Part shown: positions 17,467-26,093 of the stretch, piece by piece
Position numbering within the stretch: position 1 is the first letter of the stretch
Layout: every line of letters starts with the position of its first letter
IMG/VR virus record: IMGVR_UViG_3300044983_000114
Span: 1-39,949 of that record
Length of the DNA stretch: 39,949 bases
Strand: one strand, 5' to 3'
Source: a virus
Taxonomy: Duplodnaviria; Caudoviricetes
Made by a program: the position numbers and the translations under genes
The notes under the pieces: generated by a model
What the model saw: the letters and a program-made list of their open reading frames with translations, nothing else
Told to the model about the DNA's origin: nothing
The model's database searches: none

Positions 17467-19076
17467 CAGACCAGGCTCCCGTTATAGGGATTGCGAGACG
17501 GCACGCGCGGGAACCCGAGATGCCGGACGAGGTTGTTGAACTTGCCGGCGCACGTCGCTTCCGTCCGGTCACAACCCGCGTACAGATCCACGGCGTCACC
17601 CGGCCGGAGCCCCGGCATCGCAAACTGGAGCGTCACGGTTCCGCCGGCATGATCGACGATGAACTGCCGCACGCCGTCAGCGTTCTCCAGCCAGCCGTTC
17701 GTGAACCAGCCGTCAGGGCGCGCGGAGCTGAACGACACCGTTGGGCCCGTGACGCCGATGACCGTTACCGTGTCCTTGAACGACGCCCTGGTGACGCCGC
17801 ATCCCGTCCCGTAGAGCGCCCAGTTGCAATGACTCTGGAACACGAGCGACGGCACGCGCCGCCGGAACATCTGCGAGATCGGCGCACACAGCAGCGTTGC
17901 CTCCGGCCCGTCGAACGACACGGTGACGACGCGCCCCAGCGCGAACAGCAACACCTCCGCCGGGTTGCTGCGATGCTTGCGCCAGACGGTTACCGTCACC
18001 GGCGTCGGCGGGTTGAAGCCGATGAAGAGTTGCGCGACGGGATTCGATTTCGGCACTTTGATGGAGAGGTTGAGTGCCGTCTCCTCCTGCGAGAAGTCCA
18101 GCGAGTCGCGCGTCAGCGCCGTCGGGATGAACACGCCGTCGGCCAACGTCACCTCGCGGTCTGCGGACGTGAATCTCCAGACGTTGTCGCCCTGCACGAA
18201 CTTGTAACACTCAACCGGCGCCCCCATGACGCCGGCGCCCTGCGCCGTCTCGTAGGACGCGAAGGTCAACTCCTCCACGCCCGGTGACGAGATGATCCGC
18301 GCCTGCCGCCGCGGCGATCGCAGCCTGATCAGCGTCGCGTCGGTGACATCCGCCGCCACGGCCACGTCGAGCTCGAAGGTGACATCAATCGTGTGGTCAG
18401 CCGTGACGGCGGTGAACGTGTAGCTCGATCCGGTCCCCGCGTCAGCACCATCCACCGTCACCGTCGCGACTCGATAGCCGGTATCGGGTGTGAACGTGAA
18501 CGTCTGATCGGCGCCGTGAGCCACCGACGCCGCTCCGCTCGGCGAGATGGATCCGTGAGCGCCGGCACTCGCCGTGATCGTGCTCGGCTCGTATCCGACC
18601 GAGAGATACGTGACCTGAACCGAGCCGGCGTTGCCGCCTCCCGGCGGGAAGTAGTACATCCACAGCCGCGGATTCGGCGTCACCGCACCCGGTGATCCAA
18701 ACGCCGCCGGAGCGATCGCCGTGAGCGTGGTCCAGCTCGTCGGGAACGCCGCGCAGTCGATGTCGTCCGTCCCCGGCGTGGTGCGGACGTAGATGTATGA
18801 GCCATCGTCCGCGATCAGGACGAGCTTTATAACCGTCCCGGCCGCCACTGTACCGACGCGACGGACCTTGAAGTTGACCGGATACGCCGTCGCTGGATTG
18901 AGCGTGTGGTCGAGGTTCGCGTCGAGAGTGAAGTCGGTTCGCTCGACCGTGTTGCCCGTCAGCGCCACGTAAGTCGTATCGCCGTCATCCGTGGCGACCG
19001 CCGCCCAGGTGGTCCCGGTGTTGGGGATCCAGCCGCCCGCTCGCGCGTCGTAGCCGTTGACGTGAATGAGGCTCAT
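17466..19076 (-). CDS. BR0599/DUF2163-like baseplate hub protein with N-terminal extra domains
   Basis: C-terminal CNWALYG.GC...GCDRT..TC..KFNN...GFP.VP..NP. Preceded by a beta-sandwich-like domain and a divergent InlB-B/Flg_new_2-like repeat (ITASAG..GSISPSG...V..GADQTFTFTPD.GY.V..V.VDG). Confidence 0.85.
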   Translation of the reverse strand: MSLIHVNGYDARAGGWIPNTGTTWAAVATDDGDTTYVALTGNTVERTDFTLDANLDHTLNPATAYPVNFKVRRVGTVAAGTVIKLVLIADDGSYIYVRTTPGTDDIDCAAFPTSWTTLTAIAPAAFGSPGAVTPNPRLWMYYFPPGGGNAGSVQVTYLSVGYEPSTITASAGAHGSISPSGAASVAHGADQTFTFTPDTGYRVATVTVDGADAGTGSSYTFTAVTADHTIDVTFELDVAVAADVTDATLIRLRSPRRQARIISSPGVEELTFASYETAQGAGVMGAPVECYKFVQGDNVWRFTSADREVTLADGVFIPTALTRDSLDFSQEETALNLSIKVPKSNPVAQLFIGFNPPTPVTVTVWRKHRSNPAEVLLFALGRVVTVSFDGPEATLLCAPISQMFRRRVPSLVFQSHCNWALYGTGCGVTRASFKDTVTVIGVTGPTVSFSSARPDGWFTNGWLENADGVRQFIVDHAGGTVTLQFAMPGLRPGDAVDLYAGCDRTEATCAGKFNNLVRHLGFPRVPSRNPYNGSLV

Positions 19077-19687
19077 GCCGGGACTTCCTGCGGCAACTCA
19101 CGCATCGGGATGAGCGCCGACGCGGTGTGCCCGCCCAGCCATTCGATCTTCGGCTCGTCGGTGTCGAGCCGTGAGAACCGCAGGAACGAGATGAACGTCT
19201 CCCGTGGCAGCGCTTCGGCGACGGGATACTCCAGCGACAACGATTCGGTCCCGTCGCCGTTGTCTACCGCGTGAGTGATCTGCCGGTAGGTGAACGCGCC
19301 GCCCGGAGCTCGAATCGCGACGTGGCGCCGTGCGCGTCCGACGGGATACACGTTCGCCGCGTAGCCGTGCGACTCCACGGTGATGATGGACACGCCGGCC
19401 CCGTGGTCAGCCGCGAGCTCGAACGCGCGTGTCCAGGTCGCGCACCAGAACGGGACCGCGCGACCGAGCTGCGCGATGACGAACGCCCGCAGCGCAGCTA
19501 CTTCGTCGCGCGTCACGCACGACCACGCGAACTCGAACAGCCCCTCATCTGCCGAGGCGGCCGCCGCCACGTCGCGGACGCCGGTCTGACTGTTCATCTC
19601 GAACAGGGTGCGTGAGGTCGTGTCGCTCGTTCCGCCGTCCACACGGTCCGGCTCCAGCTCGAGCACCGTATAGCCGCGGTAGGTCAC
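19073..19687 (-). CDS. Distal tail protein, C-terminal half paralog
   Basis: YRGY.VLE.EP, LRAF....GR.VPFW, ISFL...RLD.D...I.W; GTGA overlap at 19687. Confidence 0.7.
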   Translation of the reverse strand: MTYRGYTVLELEPDRVDGGTSDTTSRTLFEMNSQTGVRDVAAAASADEGLFEFAWSCVTRDEVAALRAFVIAQLGRAVPFWCATWTRAFELAADHGAGVSIITVESHGYAANVYPVGRARRHVAIRAPGGAFTYRQITHAVDNGDGTESLSLEYPVAEALPRETFISFLRFSRLDTDEPKIEWLGGHTASALIPMRELPQEVPA

Positions 19688-20250
19688 GTCTGCTCCGCCG
19701 TGAACGCGAGTCGGGCCTGCAAGACCGTCGACGTGAGCCACCGCACGCTCTGTCGATCCGTCAGCCGCGCGAGGCGCGCGGGGAACACGTAGCCGAACCC
19801 CGCCGCCCACGCCGCGGTCGCCGCGTCAACCGTCGTGACTCCTCCGGCGCCCGCGGCCGATACCTCGAACAACTCCCACGCGAACGCGTCGTGCCACACC
19901 AGCGCGTAACCGCCATCGTCGACCGAGCGTCGATACGGGACGCTCAGCGCGTCAGCTATCGGCAGGAGATGATCGCCCGGCGCGACGGCCGCCGTCAGCG
20001 GTGAGCCGTACTGCCACAGCGGCACGATCATGGCATCGGCGTGGTAGCCGTAGATCAGCCCGTCGGCGAGCTGCGCCTCGCGGCCCACCGACAGGATCGA
20101 GAATTCAAACGTCTCCAGTGCTACCTCGCGGAGCTGCTCGCGCTGTTCGAACCCGCCATAGCTCCGCATGACGTCCGTCAGGAACCCGAAGGTTTCCGTG
20201 ACCGCCTCTGAACCATCGGCCGACACCGTCCATACCGCCGGCACGGTCAC
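19684..20250 (-). CDS. Distal tail protein, N-terminal half paralog
   Basis: E...FLTDV..S..G.EQR..LR, VPLW and VFPAR.ARL; directly after the tape measure gene. Confidence 0.7.
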   Translation of the reverse strand: MTVPAVWTVSADGSEAVTETFGFLTDVMRSYGGFEQREQLREVALETFEFSILSVGREAQLADGLIYGYHADAMIVPLWQYGSPLTAAVAPGDHLLPIADALSVPYRRSVDDGGYALVWHDAFAWELFEVSAAGAGGVTTVDAATAAWAAGFGYVFPARLARLTDRQSVRWLTSTVLQARLAFTAEQT

Positions 20251-22517
20251 CGCCGCAGCGCCGCGCCGCCGGCACGCGGATTGTTGGACAGCACCCGAAT
20301 CACCATCCGCTGCCCTTCCGGTGACTTGAGCTCGCGCAGCACGAGCCCCGGCTCCAGTGCTACGGTGAGACTGCCTTCGAGTCTGGAGACGCCGGCCCCG
20401 GCAGCGAGTCCGCCGTCGGCGAACCGACGGGCTCCTCGAACTACGCTTAGAGCCGGCGTCTCGAGTCCCGCGTTCATCGTGCTGAGCAGGTTCAGCACGC
20501 CTGGCTGTGAAACCACCGCGGCGCGCATCACGAACTCGCCGGCAGACACCAGCGCCGGGATGGAGTCGCTCGTGCCCGTGCCGGGTCCACTCACCGCCCC
20601 GCCATCCGCCGCCCGTACCAGCCCGCCGCCTTTGAATCCGGCGAGTCCGACCGCCTCCAGCGTCTTCGTCAGGTAGAACGACGCCAGCGCCGCTGCCACC
20701 TGAGCACCGATGTTGCGGATTACGTCGAGGAACTTCTCCCCCTGCTGGATGGCCTGCTGCAACCCCGACGCGATGGCCTCACCGAACGCCTTGCGGGCCT
20801 GCAGCCCCAGCTCCGCCAGCCCGCTCGCGGCTTCCTTGGACTTGAGCCCCAGCCCGTCGAGCTGATCCTGAAACGCGCGCGCGGATGCGATGGCCGCGGG
20901 GTCGTTCGTCGCCTCGGCCGCCGCCCGCAGCGCCGCGGCGATCTTGATCAGCTCGGGAAGCCGCTGCGCCTCGATAGCCTTGAGCTCGACGTTGCCCTGC
21001 TTCTGCGAGATGACGTGGCGCGCGATGTCCGACTGAATGATGGCTTCCTGACGCTTGAGCTCTGTCAGCGCCGCGGCGCCGAGCTGCTCCTGGTTCTTGA
21101 ACGTCTCGGCCGCCGTCAGCGCCGCACGGAACCGCTCCACCTCGGCTGCGCGGTTCGGTTGCGGAACGCCTTTGGCCTCCAGCTCTCGAAGCGTCGAGTC
21201 GAGCTTCTTCGACTCCTCGTCGATGTGACGCATCGCGACTTCGTGACGCAGGCCCTCGGCCTCCATCTCCTTGTCGATGAACCGCTCGCGCTCCGCCTGC
21301 AGGCGTTCGATGGCCGCGAGCCGCTCCTTCTCCATCTCCGCCGGGGACTTGCCCGAGGGGATGATCGGCGCTTTCTCACCCTCCGCCAGCGTCCGCAGCT
21401 TCGGGAGCGACGCGGCGCCCTCGGCGCGCGCCTTGCCGAGCTTCTCAGCGCGGTCTAACAGCTTTGCGTCGCTGGCCGCCTGCTCCCGGTCAAGCTTGTC
21501 GTTCTGGTCCCGCACCAGCTTCACCTGGGCTCCGATGCGCTGGCCTATGCTGGAGAACGAGGCGGTCCCGACCGTGTTGATCGCTTCAAGGATGCCGGCG
21601 ATGGCCCGGCCGGCGTTAAACCACTGCTTGAAGATCGTGATGATTCTGGAGACGGTGGCCTCCACCACGAGTATCGTCATGCCGATGGCATATCCGACGT
21701 TCGCGCCCCACGTCTTCCAGGCGTCCTGGTTCGCGCCGATGTCCTCCTGCATGTCCGACATGGCCGCGTGGAGCGCCGGTGCCAGCCCTTCAATGAACCG
21801 CGTCGAGCCCGCGATCACCTGCGTTTTGATGATCTCGAAGTCGTCCTGAACCGCCTGCGCCGCGCGCGCCGCGTCATCTCCGATGAGCACGCCGAACTGC
21901 TGCGCCTTGCGGATCGCCCCCTCCAGCCCACCCTCGCCCCCGAGCTCATTCAACAGCGGGATGATTTCCGCGACGCCACGGCCGAACGCGAGGAACCCCA
22001 GCGCCGTCTTTTCGGGCGAGTCCTTGAGCAACGCGAACTTCTCCGCCACGAGACCGAGTCGCTCGGCTGAGTCCTTGCCCGCAAAGTCCTTCACGGTGAT
22101 TCCCAGCGCCGTGAACAGCTTCACGGCCGGGGCCGCTCCCGCAGCGAAGTCCGTCGTCGTGCGATTGAACTTTGTGAGCGACACCGTGAGCGTCTTCATG
22201 TCGACGCCCGAGGTCGTGGCAGCGAACCGAAGCGCGGAGAGATTTTTCACGGACGCGCCGACCTTCTGCGACATCTTGGCGAGCTCGTCGCCGGCCGCGA
22301 TCCCGGCCTTCGCCAGCTCACCGAGCTTCTCAATCCCCACCGCGATGATCAGCCCCTCGAGCAACCGCTTCGAGCCCTCCAGCGTGTGATTGAACTTCTC
22401 GAACCCGCTGGACGCCTCATGCCCTGCCGTCTTGGCCTTTGATACGACACGACCGAGCGCGGCCGTTACCTGCGCCTCGCCCTCGGCACTAAGTCTTACG
22501 CGAACGTCGTCGGCCAT
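20247..22517 (-). CDS. Tail tape measure protein
   Basis: 756-aa Ala-rich helical protein; C-terminal GG.VSGPGTGTSDSIPA.VS.GEFV..A. Confidence 0.92.
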   Translation of the reverse strand: MADDVRVRLSAEGEAQVTAALGRVVSKAKTAGHEASSGFEKFNHTLEGSKRLLEGLIIAVGIEKLGELAKAGIAAGDELAKMSQKVGASVKNLSALRFAATTSGVDMKTLTVSLTKFNRTTTDFAAGAAPAVKLFTALGITVKDFAGKDSAERLGLVAEKFALLKDSPEKTALGFLAFGRGVAEIIPLLNELGGEGGLEGAIRKAQQFGVLIGDDAARAAQAVQDDFEIIKTQVIAGSTRFIEGLAPALHAAMSDMQEDIGANQDAWKTWGANVGYAIGMTILVVEATVSRIITIFKQWFNAGRAIAGILEAINTVGTASFSSIGQRIGAQVKLVRDQNDKLDREQAASDAKLLDRAEKLGKARAEGAASLPKLRTLAEGEKAPIIPSGKSPAEMEKERLAAIERLQAERERFIDKEMEAEGLRHEVAMRHIDEESKKLDSTLRELEAKGVPQPNRAAEVERFRAALTAAETFKNQEQLGAAALTELKRQEAIIQSDIARHVISQKQGNVELKAIEAQRLPELIKIAAALRAAAEATNDPAAIASARAFQDQLDGLGLKSKEAASGLAELGLQARKAFGEAIASGLQQAIQQGEKFLDVIRNIGAQVAAALASFYLTKTLEAVGLAGFKGGGLVRAADGGAVSGPGTGTSDSIPALVSAGEFVMRAAVVSQPGVLNLLSTMNAGLETPALSVVRGARRFADGGLAAGAGVSRLEGSLTVALEPGLVLRELKSPEGQRMVIRVLSNNPRAGGAALRR

Positions 22518-23177
22518 TGCCGGTCCTCAGGATCTGCGGTATCGCCGGTGGATCTTCCCGGTGCTTCACGTGCGGCGCCCGCAAGGTGTGGATCAGCTGC
22601 GCGTGCCGGTACTCATCGATAGCCCTGGCGCGAACGATCTCCTGATAGGCTTCGAGCGCCTCGCTCAACGGCCAGCCGAGGACGACTCCAGCGCGGTCGT
22701 GGTCGTAGCCGGCGACGGTTCGGACGAGTCCGCCCCACTCACCGTATCGTTCATCGAGCTCGAGCCGGTCGGCGCCCCTTGAGAAGATCGCGCTGAACTT
22801 ACCCATGAGCCGCGACCGGCCTTGAAAAAAACCATGATCGTTGTCGCGAACGCCCCGTACAGTTCGAGCTTCTCGTCGTGGTCGGTGATGCCGCCCAGCG
22901 CACCCGCGGTTTCGTGCGCCATCTCCTCCGTCCAGTCCTCCACCTTGGAAGCGGCCGGCACGATCATTCCGCCGAGAAGCAACAACGCCCGGCCGCTGGC
23001 GAGACAGGTTGCGAGCAGTCGTTCGGCGTAGGCTTCCGGTTCCTCGCCGTCGTGCTGAACGCACCCCATCAGGCCCGCGTGCCGGGCTTGCATCATGATG
23101 AACAGATCCTGCCGAACCGTGATGTCGCTGCCAGCGTGTCGATATTCCCGACCGCCGAGATGGAGCTTCTCGGCCAC
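22489..23177 (-). CDS. Tail assembly chaperone, -1 frameshift (gpGT-like) product
   Basis: Slippery G TTT TTT TC at 22824-22832 joins the chaperone frame to the -1 frame (..FQGRSRLMGK..WGGLVRTVAGYD..WPLSEAL) ending at 22489. Confidence 0.7.
22665..23177 (-). CDS. Tail assembly chaperone (gpG-like)
   Basis: Between tube and tape measure genes; sequence becomes low-complexity after ..MVFF. Confidence 0.75.
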   Translation of the reverse strand: MAEKLHLGGREYRHAGSDITVRQDLFIMMQARHAGLMGCVQHDGEEPEAYAERLLATCLASGRALLLLGGMIVPAASKVEDWTEEMAHETAGALGGITDHDEKLELYGAFATTIMVFFKAGRGSWVSSARSSQGAPTGSSSMNDTVSGADSSEPSPATTTTALESSSAGR

Positions 23178-23193
23178 CGTCACCCCCTGTCGT

Positions 23194-24009
23194 TCAGGCC
23201 GCCGCAACTCTGTAAGCGCGGAAAAACTGCTCATCACCCGGATGATTCACCGTGTCGGCCAGCACCTTGCCCTTGAGCTTGAGCGATGCGAAATCGTCAC
23301 CGATCAAGTTCATCTCGCCGTCAGGTGACAGCGACACGATCCAGAACTCGTACGTGTAGACCGGTCCCGCCGTCGGGTCCCCTTCGAACTTCAGGTACAC
23401 CTCGACGAACTTGGACGCCCCGCCCTTCACGTACTCCAGCGCCGACGTGGCAATGGTCGCGTAGGTGAAATCCACCTCCAGCGCCGCCGCGTCAGCGATG
23501 GAGCCGCCGGGGATCACGTAGATCGTTCCCGACGCCGCGTTCACCGTGTAGTCGGTCCCGGCGACGTAGACCGGCGTCGAGCTCGGGCCCGATACGTTGA
23601 CGGCGGAGATGCTGCGCCGCGGCGTTCCGATTGGACCCTCGACCGGGAACGAGTATCCCTTCCGCACCCGCGCCGATGGCGGAACGTAGTTCGTGATCGT
23701 GGCGCCGGTCTGCACGTATGACGCCGTGGTTCCCATGAAAAACAGCGCGAGATTCTCGTTGGATTGCTCGTCCAGCTCCAGCTTGATCTCGGGCGTGCGC
23801 TTCGTGACCACCGCTTTCATGAGCCCGCGCTGCGCGTCAGCGGAGCTGTACTTCTCCTTCACGTCGTCGGTGATGCCGATGGAAAACGCCGTGGCGTTGC
23901 CTACGAATCGTTCACCCGTCCGCGCACGGATCGCGTCGAGTCGATCAATCGTGACCTTGCCACTACCGATATACAGATCGCCGGCGTTCACCGTTCCCAG
24001 CGGGCTCAT
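23194..24009 (-). CDS. Major tail tube protein
   Basis: YIGSG.V, ERFVGNA, NLALF..G, VSLSPDGE..LIGDDF motifs; expected position. Confidence 0.85.
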   Translation of the reverse strand: MSPLGTVNAGDLYIGSGKVTIDRLDAIRARTGERFVGNATAFSIGITDDVKEKYSSADAQRGLMKAVVTKRTPEIKLELDEQSNENLALFFMGTTASYVQTGATITNYVPPSARVRKGYSFPVEGPIGTPRRSISAVNVSGPSSTPVYVAGTDYTVNAASGTIYVIPGGSIADAAALEVDFTYATIATSALEYVKGGASKFVEVYLKFEGDPTAGPVYTYEFWIVSLSPDGEMNLIGDDFASLKLKGKVLADTVNHPGDEQFFRAYRVAAA

Positions 24010-24023
24010 AGAGGTCCCTCCAG

Positions 24024-25004
24024 TTAAATCCGTCGCTCCGCATCCGCGACGAGGTGCTGATATGGCACCTCCAGCTCAACGGTCGCGAGGCACAGCGCGT
24101 CATCTGCAAACTCGTATCTCCACGTCGTACGGCCTTCCTTGATCGGGTGCGTCAGGTGCCCGCCCGCCCCATCGCTGAGCCGCCTGCCGCCCAGCGCCTT
24201 CACTACCCACGCGAGCAGCGGATCCACCGCCTGATCCGGCCGCAGCGTCGCGCTCCCCTTGCCCCGGCACTCAATGGCCGTCGTGAGCGTCGCGCGTACC
24301 AGGGGTCCCCGGTTGCCGCCCTGGATCTCCGGCTCCTCGCTCAACGGGAACACGATGATCGACGGCAACTCGCCCACCTGCAGCGCCGCGAGCCGCGTCC
24401 GCTGCGCCGCCGGCACACCCGCCGGCGTCCCGGTGTTGAGCTGTGTCACGAGCCCCTGAATGATCGACTCCCGCACCGTGCCGACCAGCACCGCCGGTTC
24501 CACAGGCACCACCGCCGCCGGCTCATGGCCCACCGACACGTAGCTGATCTGAGCTTCCCCGGTGTTGCCGTTGGCGGATTGGTATTGAATCAGAACCGCC
24601 GACAGCACCGAGCCACCGGCCGCGATAACGCCGGCGTTCTCGTGGAAGATCGCGTAGTCGGTCCAGTCCTCCGACAGGTGCGCCAGCGACCACGAAATCG
24701 AATTGTGAATATCACCCTGATCATCCATGACCTGAACGTAAAGCCGGTTGGTGCCCGACTCGGCGTCCATCTCGCCTTCACGGCGAGCGCGAATGTTGAT
24801 GGGAATGGTCCGCAGATCAACCAGGTGATCGAGCGGGCCGTCGAGTTGAAAGGTTTGCCACGTCCCCACACTGGCGCCGCCGCAATGCATGAATGCCGTG
24901 TCGTCGCGCGTCGCGACGGCTTGCCACGCGGTGTCAGCATTGGTCACTAACCAGCCTTCAGCTCCTGGCGCCTCGGCGTCACCGATCACGTGCAGCACGG
25001 TCAT
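24024..25004 (-). CDS. Tail terminator-like protein with N-terminal extra domain
   Basis: C-terminal half TVRESII..L...ELPSI.VFP..E...V.Y matches tail terminator proteins; about 162 extra N-terminal residues. Confidence 0.7.
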   Translation of the reverse strand: MTVLHVIGDAEAPGAEGWLVTNADTAWQAVATRDDTAFMHCGGASVGTWQTFQLDGPLDHLVDLRTIPINIRARREGEMDAESGTNRLYVQVMDDQGDIHNSISWSLAHLSEDWTDYAIFHENAGVIAAGGSVLSAVLIQYQSANGNTGEAQISYVSVGHEPAAVVPVEPAVLVGTVRESIIQGLVTQLNTGTPAGVPAAQRTRLAALQVGELPSIIVFPLSEEPEIQGGNRGPLVRATLTTAIECRGKGSATLRPDQAVDPLLAWVVKALGGRRLSDGAGGHLTHPIKEGRTTWRYEFADDALCLATVELEVPYQHLVADAERRI

Positions 25005-25303
25005 AGATGGTCCACGAGCACCGCGCGCGTCACCGCGCCGTCCTGCTCTTTGGCGAAATCAGCGATCACGTAGTCGCGGTCATTCACCATGATGGCCGCG
25101 CCCGTCGCGAGTGGAAACGTGCCGGTTTTCACCAGCACTGTCCCGCTGGCGCCCGAGATGTGCGGGAACGTGTCGGCGAGCAGCTTCTCCGACGGATCGT
25201 TGAAGATGCCCTTTGCCGTCACCTCACCCATCACTACCGGGACGCCGAACGTGTCCAGCAACGGCTGAATGTCCTGCGCCCGGTAGTAGTCATCTCCAGA
25301 CAT
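25001..25303 (-). CDS. Head-tail joining protein (gpFII-like)
   Basis: FGV.V......GIF...G..I.V....Y.I.....DG..T...L pattern. Confidence 0.75.
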   Translation of the reverse strand: MSGDDYYRAQDIQPLLDTFGVPVVMGEVTAKGIFNDPSEKLLADTFPHISGASGTVLVKTGTFPLATGAAIMVNDRDYVIADFAKEQDGAVTRAVLVDHL

Positions 25304-25698
25304 CAGCGGTATTTCTTGAACCCGCGGATCGTGACGCCGTAGACGAACGACGGCGTCGTGCCGCCCACCGTGCCGACCACTCGGATGAACTTCTTTGCCA
25401 TCGTCATGTCGACCGGAATATCCGCCAGCACGTCAGCCCCGCCCGTCCCGAGCACGGTCGAGAACGCGGCGCCCGCGATGTCAGCGTAGGTGCCACCAAT
25501 CGTGTCGCACTCCTGAAGCTTCACGTCGAGGATGTTGTCCGCGTTCGCCGTGCCCTTGGCCGAGTGCAGCGTCGCGACGGCCATGCCCTCGAAGTCGTCC
25601 ACCTGCACGCCCGTTCCCGTCAGCGTCGCGGTGCGCGTCGCAGACACCGCGAGCGCCCGCACCTCCGACAGCACGAGTGATTTGATTGAAGCCGGCAT
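25303..25698 (-). CDS. Capsid decoration / cement protein
   Basis: TGTGV....FEG, DVKLQECDT..G.YADI.GA.F, KKFIRVV; follows the capsid gene. Confidence 0.65.
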   Translation of the reverse strand: MPASIKSLVLSEVRALAVSATRTATLTGTGVQVDDFEGMAVATLHSAKGTANADNILDVKLQECDTIGGTYADIAGAAFSTVLGTGGADVLADIPVDMTMAKKFIRVVGTVGGTTPSFVYGVTIRGFKKYR

Positions 25699-25746
25699 TT
25701 CTCGTTCTCCCTTCGTGGGCGCTGCGCCCCGGAATCTGATGAGCCG

Positions 25747-26004
25747 TTACTTGGTTGCCGAAGCTCCAGCCGGCGGATCACGGTGCTGCACCGCTCCTGG
25801 TACGAGCGCCGCAGTGCCCGGATGCTCCCGCCTGGGCTTCACATACGCAGGAGCCGACCGCGGCTTGTCCGTGGGGTCCGCGCGCACCACCCAGCCGGCC
25901 CGGATCTTGGCTTCCGCCGCCGGGGCCGATAGATCGAACACATCACCCTGATACACGTCGCGGCCACCGCCGAGACTGAACGCCGTCAATGCTTTCACCA
26001 GCAT
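25747..26004 (-). CDS. Small head-associated protein
   Basis: VKAL..F......GDVFDL....A...I.AGW motif common after capsid genes. Confidence 0.6.
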   Translation of the reverse strand: MLVKALTAFSLGGGRDVYQGDVFDLSAPAAEAKIRAGWVVRADPTDKPRSAPAYVKPRREHPGTAALVPGAVQHRDPPAGASATK

Positions 26005-26093
26005 CGCGTCAACCCTCCATTGCCCCGGCGCCCGTCCCCCTCACCCGCGAAAGCAAGGGTTGGGACGCCGAGGCCGATTGGAAATTGCTGCAC

